From: an uncultured delta proteobacterium
GTDB lineage: Bacteria > Desulfobacterota > WTBG01 > CAIYCZ01 > CAIRTM01
NCBI GenBank assembly: GCA_963804955.1
Contig: CAWDSQ010000007.1
Location: 288,001 to 352,000, forward strand
DNA length: 64,000 nucleotides
Direction of reading: 5' to 3'
Shown here: in pieces, positions 41,005 to 51,525 of the stretch
Numbering within the stretch: position 1 is the stretch's first letter
Layout of the letters: each line of letters starts with the position of its first letter
Notes under the pieces: generated by a model
The model's input: only the letters and a program-made list of their open reading frames with translations
Database searches by the model: none
Told to the model about the DNA's origin: nothing
Made by a program: the position numbers and the translations under genes

Positions 41005-42156
41005 ATGACACCTCGCCCTGCCCCGCTGGTAAGCATTATCATTCCGACATATAACAGGGCCGGCCTTGTTGGCCGGGCGGTTGACAGTGCTTTGCGCCAA
41101 ACCTTTACTGATTATGAAATCATTGTTGTTGATGATGCCAGCACCGATGACACACGCGGCTATTTGCATAATCGCTATCAGGATACAATCACGTATATTC
41201 AAAAAAAGGAAAACCAGGGGCTTTCGGCTGCACGCAATAGCGGCATTGCTGCTGCACAAGGGACATACCTTGCTTTTTTGGATGACGATGACGAATGGTT
41301 TTCAGATAAGCTGTCTTTGCAAATAGAATTAATCCGGCATGCGCCTGCAGTCGGCCTGGTATATTGCGGAGCTGTCCTGGCTGATGATAATAACAATTTT
41401 TTACGGGCCCTTACTCCCAGCAAAAAAGGCTCTATTTTCGAAGATATTCTCTGCTGGAACTGCATTACAGGATCGGCCTCTGCCGCACTTATAAGAAAGG
41501 ACATCCTGAAACAAACCGGTTTTTTTGATGTTTCATTATCCGCCTGTGAAGATTGGGATCTGTGGATTAGAATTTCACAGTGCAGCGAAGTTGCTTTTAT
41601 AGATCAGTGTTTAGTAACGTGCACGGTGCATGCGCATAACATGCATAAAGACATCTCCAGAATGGAAAAGAACACCTTTTTAGTTCTTGAAAAATACCAG
41701 GCCGGGATCGACACCGCCAGGAGGATCGAAATTGCGCGGTCACAGTCCGTTTTTTTTGCCTGGCAGTATTATCAGGCGGGACAAACAGAGGAGTTTAACA
41801 GAATGATTTTTAAAGCCCTCCGCTACAATTCCTGCGATCCGATCCCCCTTCCCGAGGGGGATGTATCAGAAGAAGAACACGCGTTTTTTACTGCATGCAA
41901 TCTTTACTGGAGCAGTCCGGAGGCGCCGCTGTTTCCTTCTGCAAAAAAAAAGTCCTATGCGCAGCACTATTTGAATTTTGCATGGCACTATTATAATAAT
42001 AATGATATGCATAATTTTCGAAAATGCCTCATGCGCTTTTTCAAATACTCATTCCCGAGAATTCCACTAAGGCTTGTTCTTTCTTTGTGTAAATCGTTTT
42101 TAGGAAAAAACCTGTCCGACATTGTACATACTGCGCGGAAAAAGCTGTGGACGTGA
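41005..42156 (+). CDS. Glycosyltransferase family 2
   Basis: IIPTYNR, VDDASTD, FLDDDD, EDWDLW. Confidence 0.92.
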   Translation: MTPRPAPLVSIIIPTYNRAGLVGRAVDSALRQTFTDYEIIVVDDASTDDTRGYLHNRYQDTITYIQKKENQGLSAARNSGIAAAQGTYLAFLDDDDEWFSDKLSLQIELIRHAPAVGLVYCGAVLADDNNNFLRALTPSKKGSIFEDILCWNCITGSASAALIRKDILKQTGFFDVSLSACEDWDLWIRISQCSEVAFIDQCLVTCTVHAHNMHKDISRMEKNTFLVLEKYQAGIDTARRIEIARSQSVFFAWQYYQAGQTEEFNRMIFKALRYNSCDPIPLPEGDVSEEEHAFFTACNLYWSSPEAPLFPSAKKKSYAQHYLNFAWHYYNNNDMHNFRKCLMRFFKYSFPRIPLRLVLSLCKSFLGKNLSDIVHTARKKLWT

Positions 42157-43076
42157 AAGCACCATTAATCTACGCTGTTATCGTTTCCTGGAATAGCCGG
42201 AAATGGATACAGCCTGCTATCGAAAGCTTGCAGAATTCTGCAATTCCGGTCAGCATTATAGTGGTTGATAATGCTTCAACGGATGCTGCGGTAAGCATTG
42301 TCCGGAATGAATATGCTGATGTTGAAATAATTCAGCTGCCTGAAAACGCCGGCTTTGCCGCTGCAAACAATTCCGGCATCAGTGCCGCCCTGAAGCATGG
42401 CGCTGAGTATATCCTGCTGCTCAATCAGGATGCGAAAATTTCACCGGAGATGCTTGTTGAAATTGTCAGTCTTTTCGAAAAAAACCATGCTTTTGGCATA
42501 ATAAGCCCGCTGCACATGAATTATGAGGGCACGTGCGTTGACCCGGTTTTTCTGTCATTTATTTCAGAAAATGATTTCATGCTATCAGATGCTCTCACGC
42601 AAAAAATGCGTGAAATTTACGAGGTGCCGTTTATCAATGCAGCAGTCTGGGTGATCTCCCGGGCTCTGGTTGAAAAAATCGGGGGATTCGATCCGATATT
42701 TTTCATGTACGGAGAGGACCAGGACTATTGCCACCGGGCACGGTTTCATGGATTCAAAACGGGCGTAGCGCCAAAAGCCATAGCCTATCACTGGCACGGC
42801 GGCGGCGAGTTTTTGAAAAAAAGGCCTTTTAAAGAGCAGTGCTTACGGCACTGCGCGCAGATACTCTGCCGCCTGAAGCGCCCTGACCATATTTTTGTTT
42901 TAAGTTTATCAGGCATTCTGGCAACATGGGTTCAAAGATCTCTGGTGGTTTTGGCGTATGGAGATTTTAGACAGTTTGCCGCCATGCTCGCTGCCTGCGT
43001 AAAGGTGCTGCCAGTGATTTTCCAGGTCAGACGGCACCATGCCCGGTGCAGACGATCCGGCAGGCTATGGATCTGA
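42153..43076 (+). CDS. Glycosyltransferase family 2 (rhamnosyltransferase-like)
   Basis: VDNASTD, GFAAANN, LLNQDA, FMYGEDQD. Confidence 0.9.
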   Translation: MKAPLIYAVIVSWNSRKWIQPAIESLQNSAIPVSIIVVDNASTDAAVSIVRNEYADVEIIQLPENAGFAAANNSGISAALKHGAEYILLLNQDAKISPEMLVEIVSLFEKNHAFGIISPLHMNYEGTCVDPVFLSFISENDFMLSDALTQKMREIYEVPFINAAVWVISRALVEKIGGFDPIFFMYGEDQDYCHRARFHGFKTGVAPKAIAYHWHGGGEFLKKRPFKEQCLRHCAQILCRLKRPDHIFVLSLSGILATWVQRSLVVLAYGDFRQFAAMLAACVKVLPVIFQVRRHHARCRRSGRLWI

Positions 43077-44128
43077 AGAAGGGGCGTATGGCTCTGCAAA
43101 AACATCCGGAGATAGCCTACCTCTTGCCAAACCTGGGAATAGCAGGGGGGGTAGCCATTGTCCTGAGCCATATTTCCGAGCTGCGCAAGCGTGGAAGAAA
43201 TGCGGTCGTTTTTTTTCAGAGCCCTTCGTCAGACGGGCCGTGGCACTATTTGCTGCAGGAGGTCCCGGCATTTCCATTTAACGATTATTATACAGTATGC
43301 GGCAGCAGCGGCGCACAGCATCTTGTTGCAACCTGGTGGATGACGGCTTTTGATGTCGCAAAAGCCGGCGCCCGAAACAGGCACTATTTCCTCCAGTCAC
43401 TTGAAAACAGATTGTACCCCGAAGGCCATATTCTTCAGAGCACCTTTTTCCTGTCACTGTTACTTGATTTGAACATTTTTACCGAAGCGAGCTGGATACG
43501 GGCATGGTTGCAGGAGCATATGCACATTGATGCGCCCGTCATCAGCAACAGCATTGACCCTTTAATATTTTATCCGTCCGAAGGCAGACAGCATAAGCGG
43601 GACAAGCTGCGCGTGCTGATCGAGGGCCCCCCGGACAGGCCGTTAAAGGGTGTCGCTGAATGCTTTACGGCAGTCAGCGGCCTCGATATTGAAGTATGGT
43701 ATGTGACAGCACAGGGAGACCCTGACCCGGCATGGCGCATCGATCGCCTTTTTAAGGCAGTCCCGTATGCACACATGCGGGATATTTATGTCCAGTGTGA
43801 TGTCCTGCTGAAAATGAGCAAAGTTGAGGGGTTCTTCGGTCCCCCTCTTGAAATGATGGCCTGCGGTGGAACATGTGTTGTGGGGGATGTTTCCGGGCAT
43901 GACGAATACTGCGTACATAAAAAAAACTGCCTTGTTGTCAGAAAAGATTCACCGGAGGAGGCGCGGCAGGCAATTATCGGGTTGATGAATGACCGGGAGC
44001 TTTTACAGGAATTGAAGGGAAACGCCCTGAAAACGGCAAAGGAGCATGTCTGGGGCAGCAATATAGATATCCTGAGCAATGAAATTTTTGCAGACCGGAA
44101 AAGCGCATACCGCGAAAACAGTGACTGA
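43067..44128 (+). CDS. Glycosyltransferase family 4 (WsaF-like)
   Basis: IAGGV, VATWW, EGFFGPPLEMMACG. Confidence 0.88.
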   Translation: MDLKKGRMALQKHPEIAYLLPNLGIAGGVAIVLSHISELRKRGRNAVVFFQSPSSDGPWHYLLQEVPAFPFNDYYTVCGSSGAQHLVATWWMTAFDVAKAGARNRHYFLQSLENRLYPEGHILQSTFFLSLLLDLNIFTEASWIRAWLQEHMHIDAPVISNSIDPLIFYPSEGRQHKRDKLRVLIEGPPDRPLKGVAECFTAVSGLDIEVWYVTAQGDPDPAWRIDRLFKAVPYAHMRDIYVQCDVLLKMSKVEGFFGPPLEMMACGGTCVVGDVSGHDEYCVHKKNCLVVRKDSPEEARQAIIGLMNDRELLQELKGNALKTAKEHVWGSNIDILSNEIFADRKSAYRENSD

Positions 44129-44332
44129 GCTTATTGAGAGCCTTATCGCAATAAAGGAATATATTGTCCCTACCGTTACGAATGCCCCGCTCCGGGATGA
44201 TATTAAAGGCAGGGTTCGTCAAGCAATCAGAGCGCTGCGGCTGAAGAGTTAGCCAACAACAGCACTCACAGCGGGTGGCTTGGCTTCGCCCTAAAAGGGC
44301 GCAATCAAAAACACGCAGTGTTTGAGCTGCCC

Positions 44333-44375
44333 TCTTGAGAAAAACCGCCATCGATGACTATGGTTTTTCTCAAGA
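44333..44375. repeat. Perfect 14-bp inverted repeat (hairpin) inside the operon
   Basis: TCTTGAGAAAAACC-N15-GGTTTTTCTCAAGA. Confidence 0.6.
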
Positions 44376-44398
44376 TAAAAATATTCGAATAGTAATCC

Positions 44399-45451
44399 AT
44401 GAGGCATATGAGCGAACACGAGGGAACGATTCAATATATATTCACCAGAATGGAGCATCATTCTGAACACTCCGGATATGACCAGATTACCAAATACATT
44501 CCAGGCAGATATGTCGGGCCGAATACGCTGCACCGTATCCTGAATGCAGTACCGGAGCGGGTGCTTGCGCACGTGCGCCGCAGTGCAGGGCACTGGTACA
44601 ATTCAAGCGCTCTCAAGCAGGAACTGCAAAATATTCCTGATTTTTTTTTGAAATCAAACAAAATTTATCATTTTCTATATGGCGAAGATACGTATCATTA
44701 CTCGTGCTATCTTAATCCGAAAAAATCAAACAGGTTTGTAGCCAGCTATCACACCCCGCCGGAAAAATTCCTGCAAATCAATCGCGGATCACGGCATCTG
44801 CGGGCTCTGGATGCCCTTGTCATAATTGCTCCCAACCAGGAAGACCTTTTCAAAAATCTGGTTAATCCTGAAAAGGTTCACCTCATCCCCCATGGCGTGG
44901 ATACGGGCTTTTTTCATCCCCGGGAAACTGTGCAGAAGAAAAAAAACCACTGCCTTTTTGTCGGCTCGCATCTTCGTGATGTAGGCATGCTGCGTGCGGT
45001 CATTAAAACAATTCACAAAACCGAGCCTGAAATTTTTTTTACAGCTGTTACTTTTGAAGAAAATTTCAAATTTTTCGAAGGGCTTAACAATGTACAGATG
45101 TATTCGTCAATTTCTGAAGCGCAGCTTGTAGATCTGTACAGCACCGCAGACCTTCTTGTCCTTCCTCTGATCGACGGTACGGCGAACAATACAATCCTTG
45201 AGGCTATGGCTTGCGGGCTGCCGGTAATTACAACTGATGTGGGAGGAATTGCCATGTATCTGCCCCGGGAAGCCGGGCTCCTGCTGGCAGCAGGCGATGC
45301 GCAGCTCATGGCTCATGCAACGCTTGAGCTCATACATGATTCAGTGCGGCTTTCAGCTATGTCGAAGGCTGCTCGACAGACAGCCGAATCTTTCGACTGG
45401 TCTGTCGTTGCGGAAAAAATGCGCCGTGTCTATCAAAGCATTGCAGCCTGA
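44399..45451 (+). CDS. Glycosyltransferase family 4 (paralog of 35196 gene)
   Basis: IPHGVD, GSHLRD, TANNTILEAMACGLPV. Confidence 0.9.
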   Translation: MRHMSEHEGTIQYIFTRMEHHSEHSGYDQITKYIPGRYVGPNTLHRILNAVPERVLAHVRRSAGHWYNSSALKQELQNIPDFFLKSNKIYHFLYGEDTYHYSCYLNPKKSNRFVASYHTPPEKFLQINRGSRHLRALDALVIIAPNQEDLFKNLVNPEKVHLIPHGVDTGFFHPRETVQKKKNHCLFVGSHLRDVGMLRAVIKTIHKTEPEIFFTAVTFEENFKFFEGLNNVQMYSSISEAQLVDLYSTADLLVLPLIDGTANNTILEAMACGLPVITTDVGGIAMYLPREAGLLLAAGDAQLMAHATLELIHDSVRLSAMSKAARQTAESFDWSVVAEKMRRVYQSIAA

Positions 45452-45478
45452 CGGACCCGGGCCCAAGCAGAAAAATTC

Positions 45479-46624
45479 ATGCCACAGCCGACACAAAAAA
45501 AAATCCTCATGATCATCGGCCTTTTCCACCCCTTTGTCGGCGGTGCTGAAAGGGAATGCCGGAATCTGGCAAAAAAGCTGATCTCACTGAAGCACTCGGC
45601 AACCGTTTTGACGGCGTATCAGGAGGGGCTGCCGCCATTTGAAATTATAGACGGAATTCCGGTCTACAGGAAAATTCGAGGCTGGCATTTTTTTGAACTC
45701 ACCTACATGCTTTCCGTGTTCATGCTGCTCTGGAAACACCGCAAAGGCTATGACCACATACTCTGTTTCGGCATGTATCTGTACACAGCGCCTGCTGTGC
45801 TGTTCGGATTCTGCACCGGCAAAAAAGTCCTTCTCCGCCTTGAATGCGGCGGAGCGTATGGTGACTTCCAAAGAGTTTCTCCTCTCAAATTTAAAAATCT
45901 CATCATGTGGTTTTCAAAACGGGCGCACCGCATTCTGGCAATAAGCGGCGAAATCGAAAAAGAGCTTCTGTCGCACGGGTTTCCCCAAAAAAGGATACAG
46001 CGCATTTCAAATTCTGTTGATGTCCGCCGTTTTGCGCCGGGGACCTGCCAAAAAGAAAACAATATCCCGCGTATCAGCTGTATCGGAAGGCTGGAGAAGC
46101 AAAAGGGCATAGATCTGCTGTTGAAAGCACTTAAGATTATTGCCGATCGGGGGATCACCTTTTCAGCCTGTATTACAGGAGACGGCCCCCAGCGCCCTGA
46201 ACTCATTGAAAGCGTGCAGCAGCTGGGGCTCTCGGATTCCGTAACCTTTGCGGGCCTGCAGCAGGATGTTGAGCCGTATTTTCGCATGACAGATATTCTG
46301 GTCATGCCATCCCGCTTTGAAGGGCTGCCGCTTGTGCTTCTCGAAGCGATGGCCAGCGGCCTTGCCATCATAGCATCATCGGTTGGAGGTATACCCGATG
46401 TCATTGATCCTCGACAGACGAGAAGCAGCCCTGCCGCCTATGCCGTCTGCGAAAGCGGCATTCTGGTTCCGCCGGAAAATCCGGAACTGCTTGCAGAAGC
46501 TATCCAGCACCTCCTCTGCAGTCCCGATTTGCGCAAGCGCCTCGGCGCCAATGCGCGCGAACATATTACAAAAACGTATTCCCTGGATATAGTGATTCAA
46601 AAGTATCTGGATATTTTCAACTGA
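45479..46624 (+). CDS. Glycosyltransferase family 4
   Basis: FHPFVGGAE, GRLEKQKG, PSRFEGLPLVLLEAM. Confidence 0.92.
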   Translation: MPQPTQKKILMIIGLFHPFVGGAERECRNLAKKLISLKHSATVLTAYQEGLPPFEIIDGIPVYRKIRGWHFFELTYMLSVFMLLWKHRKGYDHILCFGMYLYTAPAVLFGFCTGKKVLLRLECGGAYGDFQRVSPLKFKNLIMWFSKRAHRILAISGEIEKELLSHGFPQKRIQRISNSVDVRRFAPGTCQKENNIPRISCIGRLEKQKGIDLLLKALKIIADRGITFSACITGDGPQRPELIESVQQLGLSDSVTFAGLQQDVEPYFRMTDILVMPSRFEGLPLVLLEAMASGLAIIASSVGGIPDVIDPRQTRSSPAAYAVCESGILVPPENPELLAEAIQHLLCSPDLRKRLGANAREHITKTYSLDIVIQKYLDIFN

Positions 46625-46638
46625 CCTGCATATGCTCA

Positions 46639-47802
46639 ATGATCCCGAAATGCAAACAGCCGCACAGTTGCATGCCTGAGCCTAAAGTCCTCATCATTAT
46701 TCCCTATTTCCACCCCCACCGGGGAGGAGCCGAACAGCAGGCTTTGCTGCTCAGCACACAGCTGCAGCGGCAGGGGCTGCTGTTCGGCGTGCTTACGCGT
46801 CATTTTCCAGGCCTGCCGCGCTCGGAGCTGGTGGACGGCGTTCAGGTCTATCGCTCTATTTACACCCTGCCCTGGGGCAAGCTTTTCGGCATCTGCTACT
46901 TTCTCTCATGCCTGTGGTTCCTTGTAAAATACCGGCATTCATATACGGTCATTCAATGCTATATACTGCAGGGGTTTCATTCCCCTGCCGCCATAGTCAT
47001 GCAGCGCCTTTTTAGAAAAAAAATCATTATTCGCGTATCGGCAACAGGCCCGCTGAGCGATTTTCTGCTGCTGCGTCGAGGCGCCGCAGGCGGTCTTTTT
47101 CTCAAATGCGTTCGAAAGGCTGATAAAATAATCGTCCTGTGCAGCCAGTCACAACAGGAAGCGCAAGCTGCGGGATTCAGCCGGCAACAAATCATTCATA
47201 TTCCAAATGGTGTCGACCTGTCCGTTTTCGTTCCCGCATCCCGGCCGCCTGCCGCATCCAGGCATATTCTCTTTGTCGGACGACTGGATAAGATGAAGGG
47301 TGTCGATATATTGCTGGAAGCCATCGCCGAGCTCAAAAAAAACGGCATTACATGCTCCTGCACCATTGTCGGCGATGGTCCAGGCAAAGAGAATCTGCAG
47401 AACGCAGCCGGAAAATTGCACATAGAAAATCAGATTGTGTTTGCCGGAACGTGTTCAGACATTGTCCGGCATTTACATACAGCCGCTGTTTTCGTTTTTC
47501 CATCACGCTCTGAAGGCATGCCGAATGCAGTACTTGAAGCAATGGCCTGCGGAGTGCCGGTCATCGCCACGTCGGTTGGCGGCATTCCCGACATCATCCA
47601 AAATGGACGCAATGGACTGCTTGTCGCCCCCGATGACAGCCGGGCCTTAAGCTCAGCCCTTGCTTCGCTGCTCACCGATCCCGATCTGGCGGCAGCACTG
47701 GGGAGCCGGGCCAGGATGGAGGCCGAATCGCTGTACTCGCTTGACCGGATAACCGATGCCTATCGTGCGCTCTACCGGGACATCATCAGGCAACAGGAGT
47801 AG
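46639..47802 (+). CDS. Glycosyltransferase family 4
   Basis: FHPHRGGAE, GRLDKMKG, PSRSEGMPNAVLEAM. Confidence 0.92.
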   Translation: MIPKCKQPHSCMPEPKVLIIIPYFHPHRGGAEQQALLLSTQLQRQGLLFGVLTRHFPGLPRSELVDGVQVYRSIYTLPWGKLFGICYFLSCLWFLVKYRHSYTVIQCYILQGFHSPAAIVMQRLFRKKIIIRVSATGPLSDFLLLRRGAAGGLFLKCVRKADKIIVLCSQSQQEAQAAGFSRQQIIHIPNGVDLSVFVPASRPPAASRHILFVGRLDKMKGVDILLEAIAELKKNGITCSCTIVGDGPGKENLQNAAGKLHIENQIVFAGTCSDIVRHLHTAAVFVFPSRSEGMPNAVLEAMACGVPVIATSVGGIPDIIQNGRNGLLVAPDDSRALSSALASLLTDPDLAAALGSRARMEAESLYSLDRITDAYRALYRDIIRQQE

Positions 47803-47850
47803 CCCCCCGCTGCAGCATTTTAAAAAGCACCTTGCTGCTGCACAGTATAT

Positions 47851-48065
47851 TACTCAACTTGACTGACTTTTAACAGAATCATGGAAAATCCTTGTATTAT
47901 TCTTGCCCAGGCCAGCCTGTTCAGGGGCACAAAGCGTCGCAGGGGCGGTGCGAATGAAGGTGTCGTATCACAGAAAAAACTGGTTTTATGAGCACGTAGC
48001 CCGACGCAAGCGGCGTGCCCCTGAACAGGCTACGCACCGGATTAAAAAGGCAGTCAAGTTGAGTA
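47851..48065. mobile_element. Nested MITE-like element at the convergence of two operons
   Basis: Outer perfect 15-bp TIR TACTCAACTTGACTG/CAGTCAAGTTGAGTA; inner perfect 17-bp IR AGCCTGTTCAGGGGCAC (47914-47930)/GTGCCCCTGAACAGGCT (48015-48031). Confidence 0.72.
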
Positions 48066-48070
48066 TATTA

Positions 48071-49322
48071 TTACTGTTCGGTTTTGTTGTTCTCCTGATT
48101 GCATACATATTCAGCAATTGCTTCACCGGCTATACGGTGCCCTTTTTCATTCCAGTGGCCGAAACCCATATCGGTATTAGGAAAGCCGTGCAGATACTGC
48201 TGCGCCTGCTCAGCATACCGGCCGATGATGGGGGCAAGAATAAGCGCTTCAATTCCATGAGCAGCTGCAAAAGATGCGATTCGCCTGTCAGGATACAGCA
48301 GGTCCTCACAGCCAAGTGATTGAGCAAAGGCCTTTCGTGCTTTTGGATCGGGATATACCTGTATGCCGTTTGTCAATGTGACGAGAAGAAATTTCACCCC
48401 CTGCTCCATAACCTCCCGGTGCATCTGCGCAAGCAAAGCCTCTGTAATCCGCCAGGCTTCAGCCCAGTCTTCCGACTGTGGGGGTAGATAAATCTGGTTG
48501 TCCAGTCCAATGTCAGTGCCGGGCTGTTTACCGGCAGCGGCTCGCGCTGCTGCCGGTACTCTTTTGCACAATGCGATCCGGCTCAGAGCCGGTCTGTGCA
48601 GGGCGTTTTTTAGACGATGGAGCCTGTTGCCTGACAATAAAATCTCTTTGGGTTTTCTTTACAAACTGATAGAGACGAAAACAGTCTAAAACAGCTGCGA
48701 TCCTTTCATAGAGCGGGCTGGACTTGAAACGAAATGAAGGGGACTGAAACAAAGCGGTATCCAGGGACAATGAGCCGTCCTTCAATAGAAAAAAAGGACG
48801 GGAATCCAGTGGGCTGAGAGATGCATGATTATCGCGCACGTCGTTGCCCGACAGGAATGCCAGCAGGACCATATCCGGGTGAAAACCCCAGACCCTGCTG
48901 CGAAGGGTGAGCAATTCTTGTGCAGTTGCATAGCCGGCTACGCCGAAATTCAGCACTTCTACTTTTTTGCCATCAAACGCAGCACACGCATTCAGCTTGT
49001 TTTCCAGAATGCGCCAGAAAGCATCCCTGACATCCACTTGAAAAGCTTCCGCAAATGAATCTCCCAGCACTGCAATACGATAGACCCCGGAAGGTTTTTC
49101 TCTGCTGATTTCGCGGTCATCCCGCATGCCATAACGATTTATCTTAACAAACCCCTCCCCTTCCTCCCGCCACCAGCCCTCAGCACCCGGCCGATGGGCC
49201 GACCCCGCAGCTTTGTCATACCGGTAAAAGCCCGGGTACGAAAAACCGATACATCTCAAAAAAATTTCTACGGCAATTAAAGCTGCAGCAATACTGGTGC
49301 AGGCCAATAAGAAATTTTTCAT
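48071..49322 (-). CDS. SGNH/GDSL hydrolase family protein (glycan acyl modification), frameshift near 48600
   Basis: N-terminal TM; LGDSF, NFGVAGY, GND; C-terminal GHWNEKGH. Confidence 0.88.
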
Positions 49323-49435
49323 TGCTCTTCGCATATCTAGTCCGAACAGCCTTTCATCATCACTTGTACCGGCACGCGGTTTCTGATAAAATTCCTTTGA
49401 AACATAAAAACATGTTCACCTGCTTCAGGAAACCC

Positions 49436-50149
49436 ATGAAATTAACCAAAAAAACAGCCCTGGCCTGCGCAATTGGCGCCTTTTTTATATGCGCTCTCGT
49501 GACCCTGTATGCTCACAGAGTTGATAATTCATTGTCAAAAGAAGACAAACGCTACATACCAAAATATCTGGGGGGCATGGCGCTTTTGCCGGAAGCGCCC
49601 ACCTATGCAGAAGAATTGAATTTTATAGTTTCGGCTCAGAGCTCTGTTCTCAACGTCGCACCAAAAAATGAGGGGCTGCCGCTCGACCAGAAAAGGGAGC
49701 CCAGGGAATTGTATATTGCTAAAACCGGCTTATGCTATGACAGAAGCAGGGTTATTGAAAAAATTTTAATGTATGCCGGTTTCAAAACACGGCATGTTGC
49801 ACTATACTCAAAAAAAGGCTCTGAATCGACTGCCGCATTACTTGCAACGCCGGACACTGATTCTCATTCCATTACTGAGGTCTTAACGGGACAGGGTTGG
49901 CTCGTCGTTGATTCGAACGCGCCCTGGGTATCAACTGATAAAAACCTTCGCCCTGTATCAATTAAAGATATACAGTCGGCTGCAGACACATCTCATCCTA
50001 TCCAATGGAGCATGCAGCCCGCACCAAAAATCTACGGGGAACCATTTATTTTTATGTACGGGCTCTATTCAAGACATGGCAGATTCCACCCGCCCTATGA
50101 TTTCATCCCTGATATTAATTATGGCGAGTTTCTTCAGAATATGTGGTAG
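49436..50149 (+). CDS. Transglutaminase-like domain protein with N-terminal anchor
   Basis: Cys-His-Asp triad pattern GLCYDRS...SHSITEV...WLVVDSN. Confidence 0.65.
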   Translation: MKLTKKTALACAIGAFFICALVTLYAHRVDNSLSKEDKRYIPKYLGGMALLPEAPTYAEELNFIVSAQSSVLNVAPKNEGLPLDQKREPRELYIAKTGLCYDRSRVIEKILMYAGFKTRHVALYSKKGSESTAALLATPDTDSHSITEVLTGQGWLVVDSNAPWVSTDKNLRPVSIKDIQSAADTSHPIQWSMQPAPKIYGEPFIFMYGLYSRHGRFHPPYDFIPDINYGEFLQNMW

Positions 50150-50199
50150 CCGCCGGCCACACAAACTGTCTGGCTCCATCCATTGTACCATCGCACAGC

Positions 50200-51474
50200 T
50201 TACGTGCAGCCATCATGCCGTCTCCGGAAAAAATAGCGCAGGCTCTGCATCATCGGGATAACCGCCATGATCTCTGCGCATATTTTGAATCGCGTATCAG
50301 GAAAAAGCAGCATAACAACGGGCCATAATGCAAAATACGGAACAAAAAAAACCGCTTCTTTTAACGATAGTTTCCTGCAAAAAAGCAGAAGCAGCGAGCC
50401 CGCAAAAAGAGGAACATACAAAAGCTTATACAGAAGATACATCATGGCAGGCAGAATCACAATGGCGCCCAGATGCGCTGTTTTTCCATCGCCGGCGATA
50501 TATGTGTCCGGGGCGGTAAAGCGTGGTATCTTTTCGAAATTCAACCAGTGCCATAATGACTTCACCATGCATCGATACAGAAAAGCCGGCACATCCTGAC
50601 GTATTTCCTTCATGCCCGCCCTGAAAAAATACTCGTTTTGCTGCGCCTCATTAAGCCCTTTGATCTCACTTTTCATGCCGGCAAGAATTTCTTTCTCGAA
50701 AAAGACATCAATATCATAATTGGGATGGCCGTGGAGGTAGGCGCGGTTGTTCCCTATAAAAAAATTAATCCCGAAGGTCGTTCCCAGCCCAAAAGACAGA
50801 GAGCGTTTATAGTTATAGAAGCAGAACAGGGCTGTATAGATACAAAAAACCAGAAGAAATCCCGCAAAACACTTTTTTGCTTTCTTCCTCCCGGCAAAAA
50901 CAAAAACGCCCAGCAGTGAAAGCAAAATTACAAAATTTGTCGACCGCATAAGTGCAGCTATCGCAAGAACAAACGCCAGTATGCAATAAAAAGCGCTCTG
51001 GCCGCCACTGTCGGAGACGCTATCATGCAGCCTGATCAGCATATAAAATGACAGAAATAAAAAAAAGCATTCGCTGGCCGCAGCCGGCGACAGGAGACAG
51101 GACCAGATAAAATACGGATTGAGCAGCATTGCACAAACAGCAAAAAAACAGGGCCAGCCTTTACCCAAAACATATCGTGCAGCTGCGTACGCTGTCCAGA
51201 ACCACAGCATGAGCATAATTATTTTATAAACGTAATGATTGACGGCAAGCCCTGTTATTGCTTGAAAGCCGTTTACAAGCAGAAAAACACCTGGCGGGTA
51301 TGCGGAAGTGCGTTCTGAGGCATGTACGAGCCCGGCAAAAACGGATTCCGGCGCATAGTAGCTTTTTGTAGAAATATAGCTGATGATGACAGCTGCAATC
51401 GCAAGCACTATCGCAAAGAGAACAAAAGCATATCTGTCTCTGTACATTGGAAATTGAGGCTGAAGGATTTTCAT
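50200..51474 (-). CDS. ArnT/PMT-like (GT-C) membrane glycosyltransferase
   Basis: Multi-TM; YPPG, LNPYF, LMRST, GINFFIGNN, DTRFK. Confidence 0.7.
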   Translation of the reverse strand: MKILQPQFPMYRDRYAFVLFAIVLAIAAVIISYISTKSYYAPESVFAGLVHASERTSAYPPGVFLLVNGFQAITGLAVNHYVYKIIMLMLWFWTAYAAARYVLGKGWPCFFAVCAMLLNPYFIWSCLLSPAAASECFFLFLSFYMLIRLHDSVSDSGGQSAFYCILAFVLAIAALMRSTNFVILLSLLGVFVFAGRKKAKKCFAGFLLVFCIYTALFCFYNYKRSLSFGLGTTFGINFFIGNNRAYLHGHPNYDIDVFFEKEILAGMKSEIKGLNEAQQNEYFFRAGMKEIRQDVPAFLYRCMVKSLWHWLNFEKIPRFTAPDTYIAGDGKTAHLGAIVILPAMMYLLYKLLYVPLFAGSLLLLFCRKLSLKEAVFFVPYFALWPVVMLLFPDTRFKICAEIMAVIPMMQSLRYFFRRRHDGCT

Positions 51475-51525
51475 AATTTTAAACTGTCAGAGCCCGTACG
51501 GCTGCTGGCAGCACTGCCTTCCGTA

